15,965 nt of DNA from an uncultured Phycisphaerales bacterium (GTDB taxonomy: Bacteria; Planctomycetota; Phycisphaerae; Phycisphaerales; SM1A02), in contig CALKEP010000071.1 in the NCBI GenBank assembly GCA_938084645.1, positions 1 to 15,965 on the forward strand. The letters run 5' to 3'. Position 1 is the stretch's first letter, and every line of letters starts with the position of its first letter. Positions 1 through 7,277 of the stretch are shown piece after piece. A program made the position numbers and the translations under genes. The notes under the pieces are model-generated. The model did no database searches. It was not told the origin of the DNA and saw nothing but the letters and a program-made list of their open reading frames with translations.

Positions 1-297
1 CCGGCCGACGCCCGGCATCCGATGCACGAGCCGTACCTGGCGATGCTGCTCGAACGATTCAAGGACTCGGTCATTCGTGGCCACGTGATCCCCGGGAAGC
101 GGATCGAAGTCCACTGCACCTGGGCGGGAATCTGTGCCCAGGAGACCAGTGTCGGTCGGCACCGGTCCGAGGGGGTCGGGTGCAGCAGCATCTGGGAGAC
201 GCTCGATTCGCTGGATCCGCACGACACGTGGCAACGGATGGAAGCGATGCTGGAGCCGGTGCTCGCGAAGCTCGATCGCTCGTCTTCGAATCGCTGA
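1..297 (+). CDS. 3' end of a hypothetical protein (5'-truncated by window edge)
   Basis: Frame 1 is open from base 1 to TGA at 295-297 with high-GC3 codon usage (PADARHPMHEPYLAMLLERF...LDRSSSNR) and is followed by hairpins; no recognisable motif. Confidence 0.6.
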   Translation, partial: PADARHPMHEPYLAMLLERFKDSVIRGHVIPGKRIEVHCTWAGICAQETSVGRHRSEGVGCSSIWETLDSLDPHDTWQRMEAMLEPVLAKLDRSSSNR

Positions 298-370
298 GGA
301 ACGCCGCGACTTCGTGAGCGGCGCGGCGTCCGGTCGGCGAAGGCGAGCACGTTCCCTCCGTCCAAAACGC

Positions 371-404
371 GACCGACGGCGAGGCATCAGCCTCACCGTC
401 GGTC
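371..404 (-). terminator. Intrinsic terminator-like hairpin downstream of 459..1910
   Basis: gaccgacggcgaggc-atca-gcctcaccgtcggtc: 15-bp stem whose single C/A mismatch is a G-U pair on the minus strand, followed there by GCGUUUUG; lies between convergent genes. Confidence 0.7.
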
Positions 405-458
405 TCTCTCTCCCCGTGTGCCGGGGATGGTTTCGATCCGCCGGTCGTCGCAGCTCGG

Positions 459-1910
459 TCAGTTTCCGTTCGCGGCGGCCACCGCTGCGACGTGGTCCTG
501 GAAGCGACCGATGTCGAAGAAGACGACCTCTTCGACGATCTGATCGTTCTCCCAGCGATGGGCGACGTGCACCACGAACACCGCGGGTTCGCCGGTCGCC
601 TTGTTCACGCCGTTCCACTCGAGCCAGGACGTCGTCCAGACCCGGCCGTCGGGATACTGGCCGGTCTGCACGTAGAGGTCGTCGAGCCGGATGTCGTCGA
701 AGGTGTCGTGGTGGACACCGAGGCCGGCTCGCCACGTCGCCTTGTCGGCGGGGGTGGTGGGGTCGCCCCACTTGTAGACGCAGTCGTCCGCGAAGTGGGG
801 CTCGAGGGCGTCGAGGTTTCCGGCTTCGTAGTTGCGGTGGATGTTCCGCACGGTCTCCGACATCCGGTCGGTGTTGGTGGAGGTCACCGCCAGGCTCATC
901 CGCATCGGATCATCGCCCGCCGCGGGTTCGTAGGTTCGAACCACCTCATCGCCGGACTCGTTGATCATGGTCGCGATCATGAGGTCGTCCCGTTCCCGGA
1001 CGATCTCGACCACGCCCGTGCCCTCGGTTCCGTCGGCGGCTCGCATCCGGTAGGTGCCGTGCATCGCGCGGCTGTGGGGGAACTCCTGGCACTCGAAGGC
1101 GAAGCTCGCGCCGTCCGATCCGTACTCGGCCGACGTGAGGTGGCCGGTGTGCGGATTCCACCCGACCATCTGGATGCTGCGGACGCCGTCCGCGTTGATC
1201 CACTCACCCATCACCATGTCGACGCCCGGCAGGGGCGTGGTCCAGTTCACCATCGCTTCGGGCAGGTCGCCACCGCTGGCTCGCCAGTAGCCGGTCACCC
1301 ATTCCCAGGGCGACGAAGCGTCGGCGGCGAATCGATCGCCGAGGGCGGTCTCCATCTCGGCCTCGAACGCCCCGGCGTCGAAGTACTGGAACTCCTCGGT
1401 CACCCGGTCGCCGTCCCACTGGTAGGCCAGGTGGACCATGGCGTCGAACGGTTCGTCGGTGGTGCGGTTGATGCCGCGCCAACTCGCCCAGACGTGCGTC
1501 CAGACCTCGCCGTTCGAGTATTCGCTGGTCTGGATGAACATCGGCTCCACCGTGATGTCGCGGAAGCCCTCGTGGTGCATCTTGACGAAGTCGTACCACT
1601 CGTCGAGCCCGAAGCTGTCCGCCGCGGCCTTGGAGTTGGGATGGAACCGGACGTCCTCCGCGAAGAACGCCTTGGCGGGTCCGAAGTCACCCTCGGCGTA
1701 GGACTTCAGGAACGACGCGGTCTTCGCAGACCGTTCGTCGTCGATGGTGGTGGTGGGATTCTCGACCGGCGCATGCACGTGATCGTGGCCATCGCCGTGG
1801 GCGTGGCCATGATCGTGCTGACCTTCGTTCGATGTCGGTGCGGTGTTGCAGCCGACGAGCGACGCGAGGCCGACGAGAAGCAGGGTGGAGACGGGGTTGA
1901 CGCTGGTCAT
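459..1910 (-). CDS. Lipoprotein with two SnoaL/NTF2-like domains flanking a central beta-barrel domain; His-rich N-terminal linker
   Basis: Lipobox LASLVG-C. Two homologous NTF2-like repeats (Y-x-x-G-D/N...F-A-E/D-D...HH-x-x-F...VWT..W..W.G.N..T.EP...VH....W......EE...FD). Middle domain WEWVTGYW...MVGWNPHTG. Confidence 0.85.
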   Translation of the reverse strand: MTSVNPVSTLLLVGLASLVGCNTAPTSNEGQHDHGHAHGDGHDHVHAPVENPTTTIDDERSAKTASFLKSYAEGDFGPAKAFFAEDVRFHPNSKAAADSFGLDEWYDFVKMHHEGFRDITVEPMFIQTSEYSNGEVWTHVWASWRGINRTTDEPFDAMVHLAYQWDGDRVTEEFQYFDAGAFEAEMETALGDRFAADASSPWEWVTGYWRASGGDLPEAMVNWTTPLPGVDMVMGEWINADGVRSIQMVGWNPHTGHLTSAEYGSDGASFAFECQEFPHSRAMHGTYRMRAADGTEGTGVVEIVRERDDLMIATMINESGDEVVRTYEPAAGDDPMRMSLAVTSTNTDRMSETVRNIHRNYEAGNLDALEPHFADDCVYKWGDPTTPADKATWRAGLGVHHDTFDDIRLDDLYVQTGQYPDGRVWTTSWLEWNGVNKATGEPAVFVVHVAHRWENDQIVEEVVFFDIGRFQDHVAAVAAANGN

Positions 1911-1980
1911 GAATCTGTTCCGAATCTGAGGTGGGGAGGATCTGAGGCGTTCGAGAGATCGGGGTGCGCCCCGAGCATCA

Positions 1981-2349
1981 TCAGTCGATCTGGTAGACCT
2001 TGAGATGGGCGGTGTCGGCTCGCAGGTCGACGTCGATGTGGACGATCACCTGATCGCCGTTGCTCACGTCGTCGAGCGTGATCATTCGAAGGTCGCCGCC
2101 ATTGCGTCGCCAGACTCCGGCGATCTTGCCGGCGAGCATCGTGCCGTCCGCGGCGAGCGCGCGTCCGTCCGCCGTGACCATGCCGCGAGCATGTCGATCG
2201 TCGCCGTGGCCCGGCGTGAGGGTGTAGTCGACCCACACGTCACCGAAGCCCGGGAGCTTCCCGCGCATGTTGAGCGTGCCGTGATCCTCACCGAGGTTCA
2301 CCGAGGTGATCTTGAAGTCGCCTTCGGCCACGAGGTTCTTGAATTCCAT
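1981..2349 (-). CDS. Hypothetical all-beta protein, 122 aa
   Basis: Good codon bias, alternating beta-strand pattern with many Gly turns, GGAG upstream of the ATG, no signal peptide; same strand as and 70 bp upstream of the NTF2 gene. Confidence 0.75.
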   Translation of the reverse strand: MEFKNLVAEGDFKITSVNLGEDHGTLNMRGKLPGFGDVWVDYTLTPGHGDDRHARGMVTADGRALAADGTMLAGKIAGVWRRNGGDLRMITLDDVSNGDQVIVHIDVDLRADTAHLKVYQID

Positions 2350-2574
2350 GGATCTCGTCTCACTCCGTGTCAGAATGTGTTGCGGTCGGCACCGTACGCC
2401 GACGAAGTCGGAACATATCCGAGGCCGACATCCTACACCCTTCGGAACGCGTGAAGAACAGGTGTTTCACCGAGGGACTCCTGGTTTTCGTAAACGATCG
2501 AATCGATCAAACATTCGTTCGCGACGTGCGATTCGGCATGATGCGGCCGTCGCCGGGGGGCGAGCGGGATCGCC

Positions 2575-2598
2575 TAGACTGGCAATGCCGAATTGGAG
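2575..2598 (+). promoter_or_regulatory. Putative -10 box (TAGACT 2575-2580) and RBS (GGAG 2595-2598) of the polyester hydrolase gene
   Basis: TAG(A/G)CT also precedes three other genes in the window (minus strand 4786-4791, 7238-7243, 8937-8942); GGAG is 7 nt before ATG 2606. Confidence 0.45.
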
Positions 2599-2605
2599 CT
2601 CCGAC

Positions 2606-3553
2606 ATGAGATCCCTCCACGCTGTCTTCACCATCCTGGCCCTCGCCGCATTCCCCACCAACCTCGCGGTGGGGGATGACGAGCTCGCGGTCCCGCCGGC
2701 CCTTGAGGCGCAAATCGATGCGGCCCGGACCGTCGGCCCGTTCGACGTCGAGCGGGTCCGGGAACGCGACGGCCTGCGGAACGGCCCGGGGTATCGCGGG
2801 GCGACGATCTATCACCCGGTGAAGAAGGTCGAGGCCGACGGGGAAGCGACTCCGGAACCACCCGCGCGGTCCGCCGGCGTGGTGCTCGTTCCCGGGTTCA
2901 TGGCGTCCGAACGAAGCATGTCGCGATGGGGGCCGTACCTCGCGTCGCACGGATACGTGGTGATGACGATCGGCACCAACGGCCCCGGCGACAATCCAGA
3001 CGCCCGGGGCGCTGCGCTCGTGGACGGCATGGTCACCCTGCGGGCGGAGAACGAACGGCCGGAGTCACCGCTCTTCGGCCGCCTCGACCCGGATCGCATC
3101 GCAGTCGGAGGCTGGTCGATGGGTGGTGGCGGCGCCCAGGTCGCGGCGACGCTCGACCCGTCGATCAAGGCCGTGCTCGCCTTCTGCCCGTGGAAGCCGC
3201 GGCCGCTGGTCACGCATGACGTGCCGGTGTTCTTCCTCGCGGCGGAGAAGGACCGTCCGGCACCGGTCCAGAAGCACGCGTTGCCGCATTTCGAACGACT
3301 TGACGACACGACGCCCAAACTTCTCTATGAAGTCCGCGGTGCGGGGCACAACCTCCCGATGAATCCGCGATACGCCGATGGGGACGTCGGGCGATTCACG
3401 CTGGCGTGGCTCAGGGTGTTCGTCGACGGCGACCCGTCCTGGCTGCCCCTGCTCGAGGCCCGTCCCGAGAACGCCTCACGCTTCCTGATGGAGGCGATGC
3501 CGACCGCTGCTCCGTCGCCTGCCGAGGTGATGCCCGAGAAAGACGCGGCTTGA
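2606..3553 (+). CDS. Secreted cutinase/PETase-like alpha/beta hydrolase (polyester hydrolase family), 315 aa
   Basis: True start is ATG 2606 (RBS, signal peptide MRSLHAVFTILALAAFP...). Motifs VPGF, WGPYLASHGYVVMTIGTN, SPLFGRLD, GWSMGGGG, PW, AEKD, GAGH, LAWLRVFVDGD are colinear with IsPETase/Thermobifida cutinases. Triad S171/D216/H248. Confidence 0.92.
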   Translation: MRSLHAVFTILALAAFPTNLAVGDDELAVPPALEAQIDAARTVGPFDVERVRERDGLRNGPGYRGATIYHPVKKVEADGEATPEPPARSAGVVLVPGFMASERSMSRWGPYLASHGYVVMTIGTNGPGDNPDARGAALVDGMVTLRAENERPESPLFGRLDPDRIAVGGWSMGGGGAQVAATLDPSIKAVLAFCPWKPRPLVTHDVPVFFLAAEKDRPAPVQKHALPHFERLDDTTPKLLYEVRGAGHNLPMNPRYADGDVGRFTLAWLRVFVDGDPSWLPLLEARPENASRFLMEAMPTAAPSPAEVMPEKDAA

Positions 3554-3586
3554 AGCCGGGATCGCCTCGCGGGCGCTGCGCCGGGT

Positions 3587-4120
3587 TCAGTCGATCAGCC
3601 AGATCTCGTGCCGATACGACCCGCTGGGAAGCGGGGTGCTGACGACTTCACCCATGGCGCCGCTGAACCGCCCGGTCCCGCCGAGGATCGCACGGTAGAT
3701 CGGGGTCCGGGATTCGATCCTCTTGGTGGGATAGGGGTGGGCTCCGCCGATCACGAGGGAATCGGGCGAGTCGTTCCAGTTGAGTTCGATCATCGTCATT
3801 CGATGCTCGACGTCTTCGTCCGGGCCACCTCGCCTGGTGATCTGCATGGTGCCGTTGCAGGTGCCGATCGTCTTCCCGCCGGGTCCGTCGAGCGTTTCAA
3901 GATCGGCGTGCCATCCGACGATCGCGTTCACGCCCGCGGTTTTGCGCTCATCGTTGCTCTGGAGGATCGTCGGCGGGGCGTTGTAGACGACCATGGTGGG
4001 TTCACCCGGGTCGATCGTGGGCCCGCCGCTGGTGGACGCACAACCGCCGGCGAGCGTGGCAGTGACGAGGGCGGCGGCGGCGATGACGAGGCGGATGGAA
4101 CGGATGGGGTCGAGCTGCAT
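3587..4120 (-). CDS. Lipoprotein, dirigent/allene-oxide-cyclase-like beta-barrel
   Basis: Lipobox LAGG-C; C-terminal RAILGGTGRFSGAMGEV matches the dirigent/AOC-barrel signature (I-x-GGTG-x-F-x-GA-x-G-x-V). Confidence 0.75.
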   Translation of the reverse strand: MQLDPIRSIRLVIAAAALVTATLAGGCASTSGGPTIDPGEPTMVVYNAPPTILQSNDERKTAGVNAIVGWHADLETLDGPGGKTIGTCNGTMQITRRGGPDEDVEHRMTMIELNWNDSPDSLVIGGAHPYPTKRIESRTPIYRAILGGTGRFSGAMGEVVSTPLPSGSYRHEIWLID

Positions 4121-4209
4121 GGGATTCTGATCCAGGATGAAGTGCGGATGACGATTGATCGATCATCGATGGAACGATGTGAGCCGGTTGTTCGAAGTGG
4201 CCGCTCCGA

Positions 4210-4737
4210 TCAGTCGAGCAGGAAGAGATCGACGCGGAACCAGTCGCCTCCTTCGGGCGTCACGGTCGCGACACCCGGTCGATCGAGGAACCGACCGCTG
4301 CCGCCGATCACCGGACGTCGGCATTCGTTGATCAATTGACCGCCCTCGTTGGCGTAGTCGTGCAGACCGCTCCAGACGATCTGGTCTTCGGAATCGAACC
4401 ATCTCAGATTGAAGTTCGACGCGCGGAACTCATGCAGCTGGTCGTCGCCGAGATCGTGCTGGGGACTCGTGGTGACGTTGAAACCACTCGCGATGCCGAT
4501 CTTCGGCGAATCCTTCGGGTCACGGCTCTCGGGAAGATCGGCGTGCACGTCCGCCCACCAGGTGGTGAGGTCGCCCTGGCTGGGGCCGGAAGCCGCGAGA
4601 TCGCATCGACTGAGTCCGCCCTCGTGGCAGTAGACCGTCAGGGTCGGCTCGGTCGGCAGGGTTCGGGAGGTCGTGGTGGCGCATCCCGCAGTGGCGGCGA
4701 CCAGCAAGGCGGTGATCGTTCGGGCGAGGATCTTCAA
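4210..4737 (-). CDS. Lipoprotein, dirigent/AOC-like beta-barrel (paralogue of 3587..4120)
   Basis: TTG start with AGGAG 7 nt upstream; lipobox ATAG-C; GPSQGD and RPVIGGSGRFLDRPGVATV motifs; shares EPT(M/L)xVY, W(H/W)AD, IG and (H/F)R blocks with its neighbour. Confidence 0.75.
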   Translation of the reverse strand: MKILARTITALLVAATAGCATTTSRTLPTEPTLTVYCHEGGLSRCDLAASGPSQGDLTTWWADVHADLPESRDPKDSPKIGIASGFNVTTSPQHDLGDDQLHEFRASNFNLRWFDSEDQIVWSGLHDYANEGGQLINECRRPVIGGSGRFLDRPGVATVTPEGGDWFRVDLFLLD

Positions 4738-4785
4738 GTCTCTTCTCCTGATGAAAAGGTCGGCGGTCGGGTGAATCTCCGCGAG

Positions 4786-4791
4786 AGCCTA
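4786..4791 (-). promoter_or_regulatory. Putative -10 box TAGGCT for the dirigent-like pair
   Basis: Matches the recurring TAG(A/G)CT hexamer, about 50 nt upstream of the 4737 start. Confidence 0.35.
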
Positions 4792-4793
4792 TC

Positions 4794-5225
4794 TCATCCG
4801 CGCTTTCGGAACTGTTTTCGATACAGATCCCGGATCACCTCGGCTTGTCGCGAGGTGAAGCCGTCGCGCTTGCTCGCGGCGGCGGACTGGTCGATGCGCT
4901 CGACCCAGTCACGCTGGGCTTCGGTGAGTCGCGGCATCACGGTGTAGAGCGCCTCGATCATGTCGGGGATCTCGGTCGCCCGTCCGGCGAGCGCCTCTTG
5001 GCGTCGTGCTTCGCGGGCCGCGGAATGCAAGGATCGTTTTTCCCGGGCGAGCTTCGCATCGCCATGCTGGCGGTAGCGACGTCGGTCATCTTCGGTGAGG
5101 CGATTGAGAATGCCGTTGCGCTCGGTCCGATCGAGGGCGTCCAGCCACGCGTACCGGGCGGCTCGGTCGGGGAGCGACTTGAGATGATCGATGGGGTCCG
5201 GAGTGGCTGGCATGAGGCGGGTCAA
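4794..5225 (-). CDS. Hypothetical basic alpha-helical protein (start TTG 5225 or ATG 5213)
   Basis: TTG overlaps the upstream TGA (TTGA, 5225-5222), suggesting coupling; helical charged sequence; no signal peptide. Confidence 0.7.
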   Translation of the reverse strand: MTRLMPATPDPIDHLKSLPDRAARYAWLDALDRTERNGILNRLTEDDRRRYRQHGDAKLAREKRSLHSAAREARRQEALAGRATEIPDMIEALYTVMPRLTEAQRDWVERIDQSAAASKRDGFTSRQAEVIRDLYRKQFRKRG

Positions 5226-6199
5226 TTCCGGTTCGAGGTTGCGGGTTCGCGACTGGCCGGGGGTGCCACGAGCCGAAGCGTCGCCTTCCCGAGGCCGTCG
5301 CCGACCAGAAAGTAGCTCGCGGCATTTCCATACCAGTGGTGTCCGTGGCCCTGATTGGGCGAGTCCTCGGGCGCTCGAAGAAACGATCTCGTCGGGACGA
5401 AAGCCGAGGGTGCCGGAATGCGTTCGGTACCGAGCCGCTGCTGCGCGCGGAAGCGCTCGTTCCCCGCGTTGCCGGTCTCGCCCACCACGATCGGAAGGTC
5501 GGGATCGTCGAAGTGTCGACGCAGGTCCGCCGCGAGGTGAACGAGGTTCGCTGCATAGGCGTCGATGCCCCCGTCGATGAACATGTCGTTCCAGCCCTGG
5601 AACCAGATGAAGCCCGCGAGTTGCGGCGTCCTCCCACGAAGGGCGGGGAATCGACGCTGGGCGTCCGCGACGCCTTCGGCGTATTCCTCGAGCATCCGCG
5701 TGTAGTACGGTCCGGTCTCGCCGCCGGCGGACGGCGGGCGGAAGTCCGCGTGCAGGTTCTTTCCGCCCCAGGCGGTCTTGATCAGGAGCACGGGTTCGGC
5801 GAAGGCGTCGGCGAGCAGGTGCCCGATCTGGAGTTCCGGGCCGAAGTGGTCACGACCGGGATAGCCCGCGAATCCGATCGAGAGCGGGCCGGCCTTGAGT
5901 TCGCCGCGGTCGGTCCGGTACCAGCAGAAGGCGTCGTCGCGGACCGTCCAATCGCCATCCGCGTCCTGGAGGTGCGACATTCGCTTCGCGAGCGTCGGGT
6001 CCTTCATCGTGTTGACGAGGTTGCCACGGCCACCGTTGTAGTGCTCGGGGTGATCCATCGCGACGACCGCCTGGCCCTCCATGTTGCTCTGGCCGGCGAG
6101 CAGGAAGACCTTGAAGGTCGATGACTGGACCGGTGGTGCGAGCGAGGGCGTTCCGGCAGCGAGGAATGCGAGGCCGATCGCGGCGAGGGTCGGCATCAT
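5222..6199 (-). CDS. Secreted sialate O-acetylesterase / CE6-like SGNH hydrolase (SASA domain)
   Basis: VFLLAGQSNMEG, FGPEL, VLLIKTAWGGK, FIWFQGWND, LPIVVGE, HHWYGNA; signal peptide; ATGA overlap with the upstream gene. Confidence 0.9.
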   Translation of the reverse strand: MMPTLAAIGLAFLAAGTPSLAPPVQSSTFKVFLLAGQSNMEGQAVVAMDHPEHYNGGRGNLVNTMKDPTLAKRMSHLQDADGDWTVRDDAFCWYRTDRGELKAGPLSIGFAGYPGRDHFGPELQIGHLLADAFAEPVLLIKTAWGGKNLHADFRPPSAGGETGPYYTRMLEEYAEGVADAQRRFPALRGRTPQLAGFIWFQGWNDMFIDGGIDAYAANLVHLAADLRRHFDDPDLPIVVGETGNAGNERFRAQQRLGTERIPAPSAFVPTRSFLRAPEDSPNQGHGHHWYGNAASYFLVGDGLGKATLRLVAPPASREPATSNRN

Positions 6200-7203
6200 G
6201 GTCGAGCGTCCTTCGCCTTCGCGGCCTCCTGAGCGGCCCGGGCTTCACGGGCGGCCTTCGCCTTCGCCTCCCGAGCCTTGCGATTCGCGACGAGGGAATC
6301 CGCCAGCGTTCGGAGCTCCGCATCGGTGAAGGTCGGGTCGGCCTCCTTCAACGCGGCGGTGAACGCGGCGATCTCGCCGTCGGTCGACGGGAAGCCGACA
6401 TTGCCGTCCGGGCCGTCGCTGGTCGCGAGGGTTCGCCCGTCGCCGGCGAGGAAGACGAACCACGGAATCCCCGTCGACCCGCCCTTCGTGTACGCCTCGA
6501 AGATCGCCTGACCGCCGGTGTCTCGATCGGTGTCGATCTTGCAGTCGACGAGGTGTCGATCGAGGATCGCCTTCACCGGCGGCTCGGTCATCCAGGCTTC
6601 GAGTCGGTGGCACCAGCCGCACCAGGGTGCGCCGAAGTGGAGCATCACCGGACGCCCGGAGGCCTTCGAGGATTCGAGTGCCTTCTTGAGGCTGGTCGCC
6701 GCATCCCGAGGCGCCGCCTGATGTTCGGTCAGGAACGCCATCACCTTCGCGGGGTCGTGGCCGCCGTCCTTCTCGAGCGATCCCGTCTCCTGGTTGGTGA
6801 GCACGGTTCCATCCGCATCGAGCACCGTCAGGAACGGCACGCCGTTCGACTTGAAGTCGGCCTGGTACGCCTCCGCGATGTCGAGGTTGCGGTCGAACCG
6901 GCCGACCGGGACCAGCACGACTTCGTAGTCGTAGAGAAGCTTGCGGGAGAGATCGCGATCACGGCCGCAGAGATCGTGGAGTTTCACGCACCATCCGCAC
7001 CAGTCGTCACCCCACTGGATCATCACCCGGGTGTTGTCCGCCTTCGCCCGCGCGAGGGCGGCGTCGATCCGCTGGCGGGCGTCGTCCGCCTGTGGGTAGA
7101 GCGCAACCTTCTCGGGCGGTGGCTCGACGTTCGAGACGCTGGCGGTCGAGGCGGCGGTCAGCAGGGCGATCGCGAATGCGGCGAAGGTGATCGAGCGGGA
7201 CAT
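6196..7203 (-). CDS. Secreted protein with two thioredoxin-fold domains (2x WCGWC), 335 aa
   Basis: Start ATG 7203 with GGAG RBS and signal peptide MSRSITFAAFAIALLTAASTA; WGDDWCGWC...GVPF and FGAPWCGWC...GIPW (CxxC plus cis-Pro loop, twice); Ala/Lys/Glu helical tail. Confidence 0.9.
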   Translation of the reverse strand: MSRSITFAAFAIALLTAASTASVSNVEPPPEKVALYPQADDARQRIDAALARAKADNTRVMIQWGDDWCGWCVKLHDLCGRDRDLSRKLLYDYEVVLVPVGRFDRNLDIAEAYQADFKSNGVPFLTVLDADGTVLTNQETGSLEKDGGHDPAKVMAFLTEHQAAPRDAATSLKKALESSKASGRPVMLHFGAPWCGWCHRLEAWMTEPPVKAILDRHLVDCKIDTDRDTGGQAIFEAYTKGGSTGIPWFVFLAGDGRTLATSDGPDGNVGFPSTDGEIAAFTAALKEADPTFTDAELRTLADSLVANRKAREAKAKAAREARAAQEAAKAKDARP

Positions 7204-7237
7204 GGCGGCTCCGGGTGGTGATCGACGGGACGCGTCG

Positions 7238-7243
7238 AGTCTA
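7238..7243 (-). promoter_or_regulatory. Putative -10 box TAGACT for the thioredoxin-esterase operon
   Basis: agtcta on the plus strand, about 35 nt upstream of ATG 7203; same hexamer as at 2575. Confidence 0.4.
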
Positions 7244-7277
7244 CCTCCCGCTCGCGCGGCGGTTTCACACCTCGGGA

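Noticed and set aside
134..964. Arg/Pro-rich alternative-frame ORFs throughout the track
   Set aside because: Typical off-frame translations of GC-rich DNA overlapping real genes or terminators.
2306..2605. 100-aa N-terminal extension of the hydrolase ORF
   Set aside because: Overlaps the divergent gene and promoter region; RBS and signal peptide point to ATG 2606.
3551..3589. Possible terminator between the hydrolase and the dirigent-like gene
   Set aside because: Only short, imperfect pairing and no U tract.
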